Both the position numbers and the translations under genes were made by a program. Under the pieces are notes generated by a model. That model was not told the origin of the DNA, ran no database searches, and was given only the letters and a program-made list of their open reading frames with translations. Positions 35,392-46,294 of a stretch of DNA of 64,000 nt are shown in pieces. The DNA is taken from the NCBI GenBank assembly GCA_963665115.1, contig OY762007.1:5856001-5920000 (forward strand), given 5' to 3'. How positions within the stretch are numbered: position 1 is the stretch's first letter; every line of letters begins with the position of its first letter. The stretch comes from an uncultured Rivularia sp. (lineage in GTDB: Bacteria > Cyanobacteriota > Cyanobacteriia > Cyanobacteriales > Nostocaceae).

Positions 35392-35514
35392 GTAGGCAGT
35401 CGGCAGTCGGCAGTCGGTGAACCACTTGCGGTGGACGGGTTCCCCGGCATAAGCAAAGTGGTGAACCCGAAGGGCAGTCGAGAAGGATTTTCTTGGAGTA
35501 ATTGGAGTAAATAG

Positions 35515-35862
35515 ATGGAGGATAAAAAGTATCGTAAAGTGAATGCCACTTTGGGTAAACAACCATCAATTGGTCCATTTCCTGCTGACCAGTTAATTCC
35601 TTGGGCAATTATTAGTGGTATTTCCTATTATCTTGCTCATGGTTTGTTGAGATTAAATTGGGTTTGGACTTGTGCAATAGCGGCTTGGGGAATAGCAACT
35701 TGGTGGATATTAACAGCCAATGGCGCTTGGCGAATTTTGTCTAAGTTTGTTGCAACTCCTAATTGGACAAGAGTACGTGCTAAGTATGAGGCAGTGGTAA
35801 GAGGCAGTCGGCAATCGGCAGTCGGCAGTGGTAAAAGAAAGAGAAAGAGAATTTTACATTGA
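35515..35862 (+). CDS. VirB3-like membrane protein
   Basis: Short two-TM protein with VN..LG.QP.IGP, immediately upstream of VirB4. Confidence 0.55.
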   Translation: MEDKKYRKVNATLGKQPSIGPFPADQLIPWAIISGISYYLAHGLLRLNWVWTCAIAAWGIATWWILTANGAWRILSKFVATPNWTRVRAKYEAVVRGSRQSAVGSGKRKRKRILH

Positions 35863-36197
35863 GGATTGGATAGAGCGAATTAGCGAGCGTAGAAAAAAGG
35901 CAGTCGAAAGTAGGCAGTCGGCAGTCGAGAACAAAGAAATATTCGCTTGTATTTGCACCAAAAAACTTTTCCAACAGTTAGTTTTACTCAAAAATAATTT
36001 CCACTGCCGACTGCCGACTGCCGATTGCCCTCCCCGCGTAAATCTCTATAAGAACGTATTTCGCTGCTATTCACTTTGATGCTTCCTAAATCACTTTCCT
36101 ATTACCTCCTATTATCCCTTATGAGCTACCCATTCATAAAACAAAATTACTACTTTCTTCCCCCGACTGCCGACTGCCGATTGCCGACTGCCCTCTC

Positions 36198-38882
36198 ATG
36201 AAAGTTGTTGATAACGGAAAACAGAAAGTCCGCTTGACACCTCTTGAAGACTCATTTGCACTAGTCACTATGTTGCAAATTAATCTACAAGGAAAGTCTG
36301 TTGGGGCTTATGTTTTACGCAAAGGAGTTGACAACTATTTGATTCAATTTGGATTTGAATGTACGGGTGTTCATTCAACTTTAAGAACAGAACAAATAGA
36401 CCCGGTTTTCAATGCAATTGAATCAGGTTTGAAGGATTTACCACCTGGGGAACGTTTAACTATCCGTCTGAGTTCTTTTACTGACGACACCACCAGACAG
36501 CAGCAACTAAAAAATTTAAGTGAAAATGCACCCAACAAAGAACTCCAATTCCTTTTGATGGGAGAACGATGTAGAACACAACAATTAACTTTTAAAGGAG
36601 TACGCAAACCTAAAAAACTACGTCTTTATTGCACCTACACCGTTGAAACTTCTAGCACGGGTACAACCGATGCTATCGAGAAAATTCTTTCTAAGCTAGA
36701 GCGTTCTTGGAAATCTTTTACAGGAGAAATCAACGAACTTCAATTTATCGCCATCGAACGGTTAATCCACACATCATTTACTGACGGATTCCAATTATGG
36801 GAACAATTAATGTCAAACAAAATGGGGCTAGATATCCGCCCCTTAAATTCAGAACAACTTTGGTCTGAACTTTGGCAGCGATTTAACAACACACCATCAC
36901 GTCTCATACCACAACTTTTAATTTATGACGAAAACGGACTCCGAGAAGAAATTTATTCGGATGTAGCTCCTACATCTCTTCTTATGGAGTCCTCTTCCTC
37001 AATTCCCATCGCTGATAAACGTTGGGTGCATCTCAAAGACAAATATATTGCAGCTCTCACCTTCGCGGATAAACCCGGTGGTTGGGTTGATAAACAACAA
37101 CAACTTCGTTATTTATGGGAGGTTTTATCTAGAGAAAGAGTTTACGACACCGAGATATATTGTCAGTTGATGCGGGCTAATGAAACACTTGTTAAAACCA
37201 ATATGCAGCGTTTAACTAAACAATCAAACACATCTGCTGCATTAGCTCAAGACAAAAACTCGGTTGACGTAAAGTCTTTACTTAATATCAAAAAATCTAT
37301 TGCTGCCCAGGAAGAGCTTTATGAAGGTTCTGTTCCTATCCACGTCGCAACGATATTTTTGGTATATCGCAAAACTCGCGAACAGTTAGATGAAGCTTGT
37401 CGTTACTTACAATCTTGCTTTCTACGTCCAGCTTGGGTTGTAAGAGAGACTGAATATCCCTGGCGAATCTGGTTACAAACTTTGCCCATCGTTTGGGAAC
37501 GTTTAATGACTGCACCTTTTAATCGAAGGTTAGTTTATTTAAGTGGCGAAGTACCGGGATTAATGCCTGTAGTGAAAACTAAAACCGGAGACGGTAGCGG
37601 CTTTAGCTTGTTAGCAGAAGAAGGAGGAACACCCGTTGAACTAGATTTATATAACCAGCATAAGAACTTAGGATTATTTGCTACAACCCGTGCGGGTAAG
37701 AGCGTTCTAGCCTCTGGAATTCTAACTCAAGCACTAGCACATGGAATGCCAGTTGTAGCAATGGATTATCCTAAGCCGGATGGAACCAGCACCTTTACAG
37801 ACTACACCCAATTTATGGAGAAGGATGGAGCGTATTTTGATATTGGTAAAGAGTCAAGTAATTTGTTTGAATTACCGAATCTACGTTCCCTTCCCCAGAA
37901 GTTGCAGCAAGAGCGTTTTGAAGACTATAAAGATTTCCTCGCTACCGCAATCATGGCAATGGTTATTGGTAGTGGAGGAAATACACAAAGCAAACAACAA
38001 GTTGATGCAGTCCGTTCAATAATTGCTTTAGCTTTGAAAGCATTTTTTGGGGATGATTTAATTCGCGACCGTTACGCAGCTGCTTATACCAATGGGTTTG
38101 GTTCGGATGAATGGTTTGCGATGCCTACATTGCATGACTTTTTAAGTTTCTGCTCTTACGAACGTTTGCAGTTAGAAGATAATAGTGCTGATAGTAAAGC
38201 AGCCCTAGAAACAATCAAACTGCGTCTGCGATTTTGGCTTTCATCACGAGTTGGACAAGCTTTAGCGAAACCTTCAACCTTCCGTAGTGATGCGCGTTTA
38301 CTTATCTTCGCTCTCCGTAATTTATCCAACGATGAAGATGCTGCTGTTTTAAGTTTAAGTGCTTATAGTGCAGCATTGCGTCGAGCTTTGGCTGCACCAG
38401 CGAGCATCTTTTTCATTGATGAAAGTCCGATTTTATTTGAGTATGATTCAATTGCAGCTTTGGTTGGTCGATTATGTGCAAATGGTGCAAAAGCAGGAAT
38501 AAGGGTAATTTTATCGGCTCAAGACCCGGATACGATTGCACAATCTCCGTCTGGAGCAAAGATATTTCAAAATTTAACTACTCGTTTAATTGGACGAATT
38601 CAACCTACTGCGGTTGATAGTTTTACAACGATTTTGAAATATCCTCAAGAGATTATTGCTCGTAATGCGACAGAAAGCTTTTTTCCGAAAAAGGAGGATT
38701 TGTACTCGCAATGGCTGCTTGATGATAACGGGATATTTACGTTTTGTCGCTATTATCCAGCACCTATTCTGTTAGCTGTTGTTGGTAATAATCCAAAAGA
38801 ACAAGAGCAGAGAACACTTTACCTATCAAAGTATCCCTCGAAATTTGTTGCAATAACTGAGCTTTCTAAGCAATTGATTTAA
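36198..38882 (+). CDS. virB4: VirB4-type conjugation ATPase
   Basis: 894 aa; Walker A variant ATTRAGKS, Walker B FFIDE, GAKAGIRVILSAQ; position in the cluster. Confidence 0.85.
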   Translation: MKVVDNGKQKVRLTPLEDSFALVTMLQINLQGKSVGAYVLRKGVDNYLIQFGFECTGVHSTLRTEQIDPVFNAIESGLKDLPPGERLTIRLSSFTDDTTRQQQLKNLSENAPNKELQFLLMGERCRTQQLTFKGVRKPKKLRLYCTYTVETSSTGTTDAIEKILSKLERSWKSFTGEINELQFIAIERLIHTSFTDGFQLWEQLMSNKMGLDIRPLNSEQLWSELWQRFNNTPSRLIPQLLIYDENGLREEIYSDVAPTSLLMESSSSIPIADKRWVHLKDKYIAALTFADKPGGWVDKQQQLRYLWEVLSRERVYDTEIYCQLMRANETLVKTNMQRLTKQSNTSAALAQDKNSVDVKSLLNIKKSIAAQEELYEGSVPIHVATIFLVYRKTREQLDEACRYLQSCFLRPAWVVRETEYPWRIWLQTLPIVWERLMTAPFNRRLVYLSGEVPGLMPVVKTKTGDGSGFSLLAEEGGTPVELDLYNQHKNLGLFATTRAGKSVLASGILTQALAHGMPVVAMDYPKPDGTSTFTDYTQFMEKDGAYFDIGKESSNLFELPNLRSLPQKLQQERFEDYKDFLATAIMAMVIGSGGNTQSKQQVDAVRSIIALALKAFFGDDLIRDRYAAAYTNGFGSDEWFAMPTLHDFLSFCSYERLQLEDNSADSKAALETIKLRLRFWLSSRVGQALAKPSTFRSDARLLIFALRNLSNDEDAAVLSLSAYSAALRRALAAPASIFFIDESPILFEYDSIAALVGRLCANGAKAGIRVILSAQDPDTIAQSPSGAKIFQNLTTRLIGRIQPTAVDSFTTILKYPQEIIARNATESFFPKKEDLYSQWLLDDNGIFTFCRYYPAPILLAVVGNNPKEQEQRTLYLSKYPSKFVAITELSKQLI

Positions 38883-38909
38883 ACTTAATAATTACATCAT
38901 TAGAAAAGT

Positions 38910-39623
38910 ATGAAAAAAATCAATAAATTGACCATTAGTTTAGTTGGAATTAGCACAATATCATTAATTAGTATAAACGGAGCGTATGCTTTAGAAATAA
39001 AAAATCCTTTGATAACAGTAATTGAGCAATTGCAAGAACAAACTGGTTCTGTGAATAAATATATTTCCTCAACCATCTCCCGAAAATTAGATAATTTATC
39101 AGAATCTTTAGAGGGAGATTTACAAGCAGTAGTACAAGAAGCTGCTGGTATTTTAGGTTTACCGGATGCCGGAGAAGTTAGAAAGGAAATTGAGCAGATA
39201 GCATCTGATAACAACAATGCTGTAAATAGTGTTGACAGAGCAAGCAATGAGCTAGACCGTCAAATAACAAGGGCACAAACAGAAACGACTTTGAGTAAAG
39301 AGGCACAAGAAAGAATGAAAGCAGAAGTGGAAAAAACTCAAACGTCAATTGAAACAGTCTCCATCTTTTCTGATGCTGCTCAGAATGATGTAGTAACGCA
39401 AAATGTAATGAAACGTATTGCCCAACAAAATACTCAAATCACAGGTATTTTGGGTGCAATGCGAAGTGATGGATTGAAATCAAAACAGTCTCAAGACCTG
39501 GCGAATCTTAATTTGACCAATATTTCTCGCTCTTTAGATGGTCAGAATCAGTCACGTCAAAAAGAAGTTGTTGGTCAAGGGTTTAGTAACTTGAGAACTG
39601 CATCTCAAGCACGTCTTTTTTAA
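38910..39623 (+). CDS. Exported helical T4SS protein (VirB5-like position)
   Basis: Signal peptide ending AYA, Q/N-rich helical body, between virB4 and the virB6-like gene. Confidence 0.55.
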   Translation: MKKINKLTISLVGISTISLISINGAYALEIKNPLITVIEQLQEQTGSVNKYISSTISRKLDNLSESLEGDLQAVVQEAAGILGLPDAGEVRKEIEQIASDNNNAVNSVDRASNELDRQITRAQTETTLSKEAQERMKAEVEKTQTSIETVSIFSDAAQNDVVTQNVMKRIAQQNTQITGILGAMRSDGLKSKQSQDLANLNLTNISRSLDGQNQSRQKEVVGQGFSNLRTASQARLF

Positions 39624-39696
39624 GGGCAGTCGGCAGTGGTGAGGAGAATAAAACGTGAGACAGAATTTGTGCGATTAGTGATGAGGTAATTCGTAT

Positions 39697-40745
39697 ATGT
39701 ATGGTTTTTTATTTACATCGACTGCCGACTGCCGATTGCCGACTGCCTTCTTCCTTGCTCAAGTAGACAATCCAGAACCCGGACAAGCTGCTTCTACGAT
39801 AACTGAGGACGGCATAGCAGCAAGTGAAGCTGTTGCTCAATCCATTGATAATCTTTGGGATGACGTTTTAGGTGGAGGTTTATATAGTGCGATCGCCAAC
39901 TTAGGAATATTCTTCGCTGTCGGTACATTACTGATTTTCATAGTGCAATGGACAAAGGAAATGATTGATGGGGATAGTTCCAAAGGATTTACCGAATTAA
40001 TCTGGACAATCGTTGTCATAGTCCCCTACTTGCAAACAACGGTCAACAATTAATAGCTGTGACTAAAGGTTTGAGAGGAATAATTAACCAAACTAACCAA
40101 ACACTTTTGGTTTCCACCTCTGCTTCCATCCAATTACAAGAAGCTTATCAGCAAATAATGCTCAAAACTGGTAAAACAGACGCAATTGAGTCATTGATTA
40201 ATCAATGTAATACCATTGCTGACCCAACGCAACAAACCGAGTGTTTACAAAATGCAGCCCGACAAGCAAAAACAATTGAAGCAGAAGCCGAGCAAGATAA
40301 CCGTCCTTCTTGGCTCCAAAATGCTAGTGATTTTTTCAACACCAATATTTTTCAATTAACAGTACGTGGTTGGCTTCTCGCACTTGCAGCTGCTTTTCAA
40401 TGGATAATCGAGATTTGTATGTTACTAACTGCATTACTAGGACCGCTAGCTGTTGGAGGTTCATTACTTCCCGTTGGTCAAAAAGCTATTTTTGCATGGT
40501 TAACGGGTTTCTTCTCGGTAGGAATGATAAAAATTTGTTTCAATATTATTTCCGGTTTGGTTGCCACGATGGTGCTAAATGCTGACAATAATGACCCAAT
40601 GATTTTTGCATTTGCAATTGGTATTCTTGCCCCAATTTTATCTGTAGCTTTAGCAGCAGGTGGTGGATTAGCTGTTTTTAGAAGTTTTTCAAGTATTGCT
40701 AGTTTTGGTCTTTCAACCTTCGTAACCAGAATTGTAAGTAAATAG
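39697..40745 (+). CDS. VirB6-like polytopic membrane protein; frameshift at 40023-40026
   Basis: Multiple TM segments and LLTALLGPLAVGGSLLP; the two ORFs join across GTCCCC. Confidence 0.65.
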
Positions 40746-40752
40746 AAAAAAT

Positions 40753-41553
40753 ATGGCAAATTTAGATAGCAATTTTAAGTCAGAATCAACTGATAATAAA
40801 AGATTAAAGTTTTTAAATCGTGCATCCAAAAAATTTTCAAATGCCGATACTTTAGCATTGTTTGCTGTTGGGACTTTTGGATTACATTTAATCACATTTT
40901 TTCTGCTTATATTGCTCTATGGTTCCTATTCACAGCTAAATAAAAAACCACCTCCTTCATTGGTTCAATTAGAAACAGGTAAAGGAATTAAAGTTGCACC
41001 GTTGGGAAATGTTGAACGCACTCCCCAGGTAGTATCTCGTTTTGTTTCCGATACCATGACCTTGATGATGAACTGGTCTGGAACACTACCCCCTACAACT
41101 GTTGAAGAAAACGCAAAACCAATCAAGGACAAGGGTATAGACATTGGAGAGCGAGGATTAAGAGGAAATAAAATTACTTCAGGAGCATGGCAAGCATCTT
41201 ATGCATTATCAGAAGACTTTCGTAAAGAATTTCTCAAAAAGCTTGCGTCAATGACACCGCAAGGAGTTTTTAAAGGTACAACCCAAGTTGTTTTAATACC
41301 ACTATCAATTCAATCTCCTATCAAAATAGGTGAAGGTAAATGGAAAGTAAAAATGATTGCTAATTTAAATGTTTTTGACCAAAGTAATAGTATGGGGGAA
41401 GTCATTCCTTTTAATAAAGAGATATTTGTTAGAGCAGTTGTTGCTCCAACGGAACCTATAAATACCAGTGATTTAGCTGCTGTTATTTATCAGGTGCGTG
41501 CTAGTGGATTAGAAATTTATGCGATGAGGGATTTACAAGAGGAAAACTTATAA
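40753..41553 (+). CDS. VirB8-like bitopic protein
   Basis: One N-terminal TM then a periplasmic domain ending GLEIY; position in the cluster. Confidence 0.55.
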   Translation: MANLDSNFKSESTDNKRLKFLNRASKKFSNADTLALFAVGTFGLHLITFFLLILLYGSYSQLNKKPPPSLVQLETGKGIKVAPLGNVERTPQVVSRFVSDTMTLMMNWSGTLPPTTVEENAKPIKDKGIDIGERGLRGNKITSGAWQASYALSEDFRKEFLKKLASMTPQGVFKGTTQVVLIPLSIQSPIKIGEGKWKVKMIANLNVFDQSNSMGEVIPFNKEIFVRAVVAPTEPINTSDLAAVIYQVRASGLEIYAMRDLQEENL

Positions 41554-43250
41554 TGGATGAGCAGCCATATCAAAATCATGAAACAGAATCGGATAAAACC
41601 GATAGTGATTGGAATGAAGTAAGCTTCGGGAAACTGCTTGGATTTCAAGACGATAATCAATCACATTTGGAAGAAGGAACTGCTTCCATTCAAGATAGTA
41701 ATCCCGAAGTTTCAAACAATCAAGCTGACGCTACAAATCCGATTGCAACTCATGAATTATTTGACTCTCCACATGAGGGGAAAACTCAACCGAATTTCTA
41801 TAGCAATCCTTTCGCTAAATTTGGCGCAGTCGGTTTAGTAATGCTTGTTGTATTCGGCTCGGCTGCGACAGTTCTAAACAGCATTATGTCAGGTAGTCTT
41901 AAAACTGCACCAACAACAGAATACTCAAAACAATCCAAACCCAAGGTAGAAATTGCTGATAATCCACAGGAAAGAGAAACGGGAAAATTAAAAGCAGAAT
42001 TAGCACTATCAACTCAAGCTGAAAAAATTAAATCTATTGAAGGTACTAAAAGCCCTAAAACGGCTGTAAGCAAACCAAAACCCAAAGTTAAACCAACTAT
42101 TGAACCTTCTATAAAAACTAACATTAGACCAACTCCAACAAGAGAATATTCTACACCCGTCAGAACTAAAATAGTTTCAAGACCGCCACGACCGACACGA
42201 GTTCCATATATACCTCGTCCGAAACCACAACCATTACCTGTAAGTTATAGTCCCCCTAGAGTTCCACAAATACCGAAATTTCAACCGACTGCAAATAGAA
42301 TAAGTAAACCAACTGCACCCAAACTTGAAGAAAAAATTGACCCGATGGAAGAATGGACTAAAATTAGTCGTTTGGGAAGCTATGGTTCAAGCGTAATTAC
42401 TGCAAATTCTGATAAGCAAGCCTCGGAAAGTACGCTTGATAACACTATACAAGAAGAAGCAAAACAAATAATCCCCTCTGCAACTTTAGTAAAAGCAGCG
42501 GATTATACAACTCAAATATCAAACAATAATGAGCTAGAACCGCTTCATACCGAAGAAGCTGCAATTATTGGGTATGAAAATAATTATCAATTGCAGGTGG
42601 GGGAATCTGGTGATGGAAAGTTATTAACCCCTTTAATTTGGAGTAAACATCAAAGCAAAAATTCTTTTCAACAATCTAAAAATAAGTCAAAAAGCGAAAG
42701 TTTTGTAATCGAACTGGAACAACCATTAAATACACAAGACGGTTTTGTTGTTTTACCAAAAGGTTCTCAAGTTGTAGCTCAAATTAACAACGTTAATCAA
42801 GGGGGACTCGTTGAACTACAAGCAACACAAGTTTTAATCAACGGACAAGAATACATTCTTCCACCAAATGCGATCGCCATTCGTGGTGACGAGGGAAAAC
42901 CTTTAGTAGCATCTCGTTTAAACAGTAAAAAGGGAGAAATTGCGCGACGAGATGCACAAACTTTTGCTGTAGGTTCTTTAGCGAAAGTAGGTAAAGTCCT
43001 CAACCAGCCAAAGGAACAACAAATATCAACGAGCAGCGGGTTTGGTGGTACTAATTCTTTCTCTTCTGTTAGAAGAGGTCGAGAAAATATTTTAGGAGCG
43101 GTTTTAGAGGGAGGATTTGAACCGCTAACTCAACAAATTCTTAAACGTAATCAGCAAGCACTACAAGAGCTACAGCAACAAGAAGATGTTTGGTATGTCA
43201 AAGCAGGTACGAATGTACAAGTCTTTGTTAATCAATCTTTTCAATTTTAG
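41553..43250 (+). CDS. VirB10/TrbI-like protein
   Basis: TM, proline-rich linker, LPKGSQVV and terminal VKAGTNVQVFVN. Confidence 0.75.
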   Translation: MDEQPYQNHETESDKTDSDWNEVSFGKLLGFQDDNQSHLEEGTASIQDSNPEVSNNQADATNPIATHELFDSPHEGKTQPNFYSNPFAKFGAVGLVMLVVFGSAATVLNSIMSGSLKTAPTTEYSKQSKPKVEIADNPQERETGKLKAELALSTQAEKIKSIEGTKSPKTAVSKPKPKVKPTIEPSIKTNIRPTPTREYSTPVRTKIVSRPPRPTRVPYIPRPKPQPLPVSYSPPRVPQIPKFQPTANRISKPTAPKLEEKIDPMEEWTKISRLGSYGSSVITANSDKQASESTLDNTIQEEAKQIIPSATLVKAADYTTQISNNNELEPLHTEEAAIIGYENNYQLQVGESGDGKLLTPLIWSKHQSKNSFQQSKNKSKSESFVIELEQPLNTQDGFVVLPKGSQVVAQINNVNQGGLVELQATQVLINGQEYILPPNAIAIRGDEGKPLVASRLNSKKGEIARRDAQTFAVGSLAKVGKVLNQPKEQQISTSSGFGGTNSFSSVRRGRENILGAVLEGGFEPLTQQILKRNQQALQELQQQEDVWYVKAGTNVQVFVNQSFQF

Positions 43251-43263
43251 TAATCGTTTTTAG

Positions 43264-44010
43264 ATGATGAGTAAGCAATATTCAATTATAAAAGGATTTA
43301 TTGTTATTTGTTCTTTAACGCTTCCTTACTTCAATTTATCACCAGCCATTGCAAGTGAAGTAAAGCAAAGCGTGAAACAAATAACTCAACAAGTTGCTAC
43401 TGGTAACAGTTCTTCAAGTATACCTAAAATTGAACTATCGCCAGGGTATGGAGTAAATATATCTTTCATTAGGAGTGATGAAATAGTAGAGAAGGTTTGG
43501 CTAGATAATCCGACATTCGCATCTTTAGATGTTGATGGCTGCTTATCTGTAGAGGGAAAAGAATGCGACCCGCAAGGAGCAACGGTAATACATTTACGAC
43601 GAATTAATCCATTAAAAGTAAGACAATTACCATTATCTAATACTAGCTTATTAACTGTAATTGCAAAAGGTAAATCGGGAAGAAAGGTATATTTATTTAA
43701 AGTGGCAATGGGAGATAAAACCCCTACTTTCCATACTCTATAAATCATACCTGATATCAAAATATCTCCCGAAACAACTCAATTCTCTAACATCAAAAAT
43801 AATCAAGAATTGCAGCTTCTGAGTAGAGGGTTAAAACTTGTTAGTAAAAGAGGCTTGATTCATAGAGAATCCCGTTTGTGGTCAAGAATAGCGAACTTCT
43901 TAGTCAAGGTAGAAATGGGAGAATCTGTAGATAACGCCGCTCGTAAAAGTGGGATTTCAATGCGGTTAGTTAATCGCTTAATTGAACTCGGAAGCAAATA
44001 TAATTCGTAA
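43264..44010 (+). pseudogene. VirB9-like exported protein interrupted by an in-frame TAA at 43741-43743
   Basis: Signal peptide and IELSPGYGVNISF...KVWLDNP; the same frame continues past the stop to 44010. Confidence 0.55.
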
Positions 44011-44032
44011 TTCGTAATTCGTAATTCGTAAT
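44003..44032. repeat. (ATTCGTA)x4 heptamer array
   Basis: Directly visible. Confidence 0.8.
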
Positions 44033-44048
44033 TTATGGTTCGTAGCTA

Positions 44049-45737
44049 GTGAATATCATGAAAATTTATAAAAAGCGTTCAATCAGAAGTTGTGGATTAA
44101 GTTTATCAATATTGATTTGTGGTGCTGTTATTATTATATCGCAACAGAAATCTGTATCAAACCCTCCATCCGCACAAACAGAAGTTCCTACAATTAATTG
44201 GGAAAATACTCGTTTACCAGATTGGAATCAAATTACATTTTCTAAAATGCCAGCCATTACTGAATCTGGTTCATTTCAAGCACCTGGAAATGTTTCTCAG
44301 AAGTTAGGATATGACCCTTCTCGTAGTTGGGATGCGGGACAAAAGCCTGATGCGTTTACAATGCTGGGTGATTTTCAGGACTCTTTCAAGCTCCAAGAAT
44401 TTTCACTTTTAGATATTTCTCAAATTACTGGCTCTGATATGCAAGAAATTGACTTATCGCGTTTTGGTGTCGTCAAATTTCAAACAATAGAAAGCTTAGT
44501 TAAAGCAATACCTGATTTGGAAGAATGGAAGATAAGGGATGTCAAACCAATACTAGATTTACTATCACAGAATTTATCAACATCATTTAGTTCATATCAA
44601 ACTATCAGCAACTTACTTGAAAAATCTCCCCATTTGGGTAAATTAAGCTTTGAATCTTTGGACTTAGCATCTTACAATATCGATTCAATTCCAGGGTTAT
44701 CAGCTACTCCTATTGCCAGCTTTGATAAATGGCAAGGAACTTATATTGATGAAATACCCGGATTGAGCGATGTACCATTTTCTCAATTTCCCAATCCTGC
44801 TAACCCTGTAGGTATGGAAGTTGGAATAGTAGATGTTGCTTTTGCGACTGACGAACAAAAACGAGATAGAACCATTTCAGGCAGTAATAAAGAAGGATTT
44901 GCGGTTCCTTGTGATAAAGACTGCGCTCATATAGAAGTATCTGGTTCTCAAGCTGTTCACGGAAAGGCTTGGGTTAGTGGTAAATACCAGTTGGTTAAAG
45001 GTGGAAAGGGAATTTTAGGTTCAGTAAATGGTGGTAAAGAACCGACAGGTAGAAATTTATTCGGTGATGCTTTTAAAGTAGCCGTTTGGGATGTGTCAGA
45101 AGTTGATGGAAAAGTTTCTCAATCTTTATTCTTCCGGGTTTGTATGAGAAATAATTTTGTTGATTTAGGATGTACCCCCTATTTTATTGGTCCGGTTCCA
45201 TTCATGACTTATAGAGAAAAAGAACTCATATTTTTAGGTAGGATTGATTCTAATAAAAACTCTATGTCAATTCCTACGGGTTTAAAGAGTAGTGGATTTA
45301 CTTTTGATAATTCTCCATTTATTTCTTCAACGAAGAAAAATAATGTATCTGACTTAATACCTATTACACAAAGAGATTGCAGAAACATTCATTCATCTGG
45401 TGCTAATCTCGATGCTTTAAGTTCTGCATTATTAAATGTAGAAAATAGTAGGGTGACACAGAATTCTTTATCGACCGAACAGCAATCTTCAATAGAATCA
45501 GAAACTAGTAATTTACTATCAATTACATCGCAGCAAACTGACCCAAGCACAGGTAAACCTTTTAGTGGAGATAGATTGATTGAGCGTGCAAGTCAAATGC
45601 ATTTTGCTGGGGTTAATATTCCTTCTTATTCTCAAGTTCGTGATGTGAATAAGGGAATGACAGTCACAGAATATGGACAAAAAACTAAAAATAAATATAA
45701 GCAAAAATTGGAATCAATGAATTGTTTATCAAACTAA
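44049..45737 (+). CDS. Exported conjugation-cluster protein with a Cys-rich middle domain
   Basis: N-terminal hydrophobic anchor; IPGL repeats; PCDKDCAH and RVC...GCTPYF. Confidence 0.6.
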   Translation: MNIMKIYKKRSIRSCGLSLSILICGAVIIISQQKSVSNPPSAQTEVPTINWENTRLPDWNQITFSKMPAITESGSFQAPGNVSQKLGYDPSRSWDAGQKPDAFTMLGDFQDSFKLQEFSLLDISQITGSDMQEIDLSRFGVVKFQTIESLVKAIPDLEEWKIRDVKPILDLLSQNLSTSFSSYQTISNLLEKSPHLGKLSFESLDLASYNIDSIPGLSATPIASFDKWQGTYIDEIPGLSDVPFSQFPNPANPVGMEVGIVDVAFATDEQKRDRTISGSNKEGFAVPCDKDCAHIEVSGSQAVHGKAWVSGKYQLVKGGKGILGSVNGGKEPTGRNLFGDAFKVAVWDVSEVDGKVSQSLFFRVCMRNNFVDLGCTPYFIGPVPFMTYREKELIFLGRIDSNKNSMSIPTGLKSSGFTFDNSPFISSTKKNNVSDLIPITQRDCRNIHSSGANLDALSSALLNVENSRVTQNSLSTEQQSSIESETSNLLSITSQQTDPSTGKPFSGDRLIERASQMHFAGVNIPSYSQVRDVNKGMTVTEYGQKTKNKYKQKLESMNCLSN

Positions 45738-46294
45738 TTATGCAATCAAATATATATAGTTTTTATAAAATACGACTTAGTAAAAGTAAAATTATTGTTT
45801 TAATTATATGCATAATTGTCATGACTCTAACTGTATCGACTGTATATAAAACTTTATTTAAAAATCATTCAATCACCACTTGGAAAAATGCAGATGAAGT
45901 TGTACCAAAACTTCTTCTAAAAAAGGTTGTTACTCAAAAATCAACTCGTTATCTTGATATTTCCTCAATAAGGGTTATGCGAATCCCATCCCAAGGTGCC
46001 GGTAACTTATATATTTTTGATTATGGTTCTCCTCAACTTTGTGGTTCTGCGGGGTGCTTATATTCGGTGTATGACGATTCAGGTAAGCTACTTTTAGAAT
46101 TTATTGCCCATTCCCAAATTCCAAAATCACAAAAGCTAATTAAAGTCGGAGAGAATGTTAAGCAAGGCTTTCCTTGTTTGAATATTACTCAATTTACAGA
46201 CACAGATAAATTATTATCTCAAACTAAATTTTGTTATCAAAACGGTCATTACGTTCGCTTAAATAAAAGTTTTATTAGTGAAAAAAATGAATAA
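45722..46294 (+). CDS. Membrane-anchored hypothetical protein
   Basis: N-terminal TM and LCGSAGCLYSVY; co-oriented in the cluster. Confidence 0.6.
   Translation: MFIKLIMQSNIYSFYKIRLSKSKIIVLIICIIVMTLTVSTVYKTLFKNHSITTWKNADEVVPKLLLKKVVTQKSTRYLDISSIRVMRIPSQGAGNLYIFDYGSPQLCGSAGCLYSVYDDSGKLLLEFIAHSQIPKSQKLIKVGENVKQGFPCLNITQFTDTDKLLSQTKFCYQNGHYVRLNKSFISEKNE

Noticed and set aside
35259..36079. Several short ORFs containing TADCRLP or SRQSAV
   Set aside because: Produced by GGCAGTC heptamer repeats
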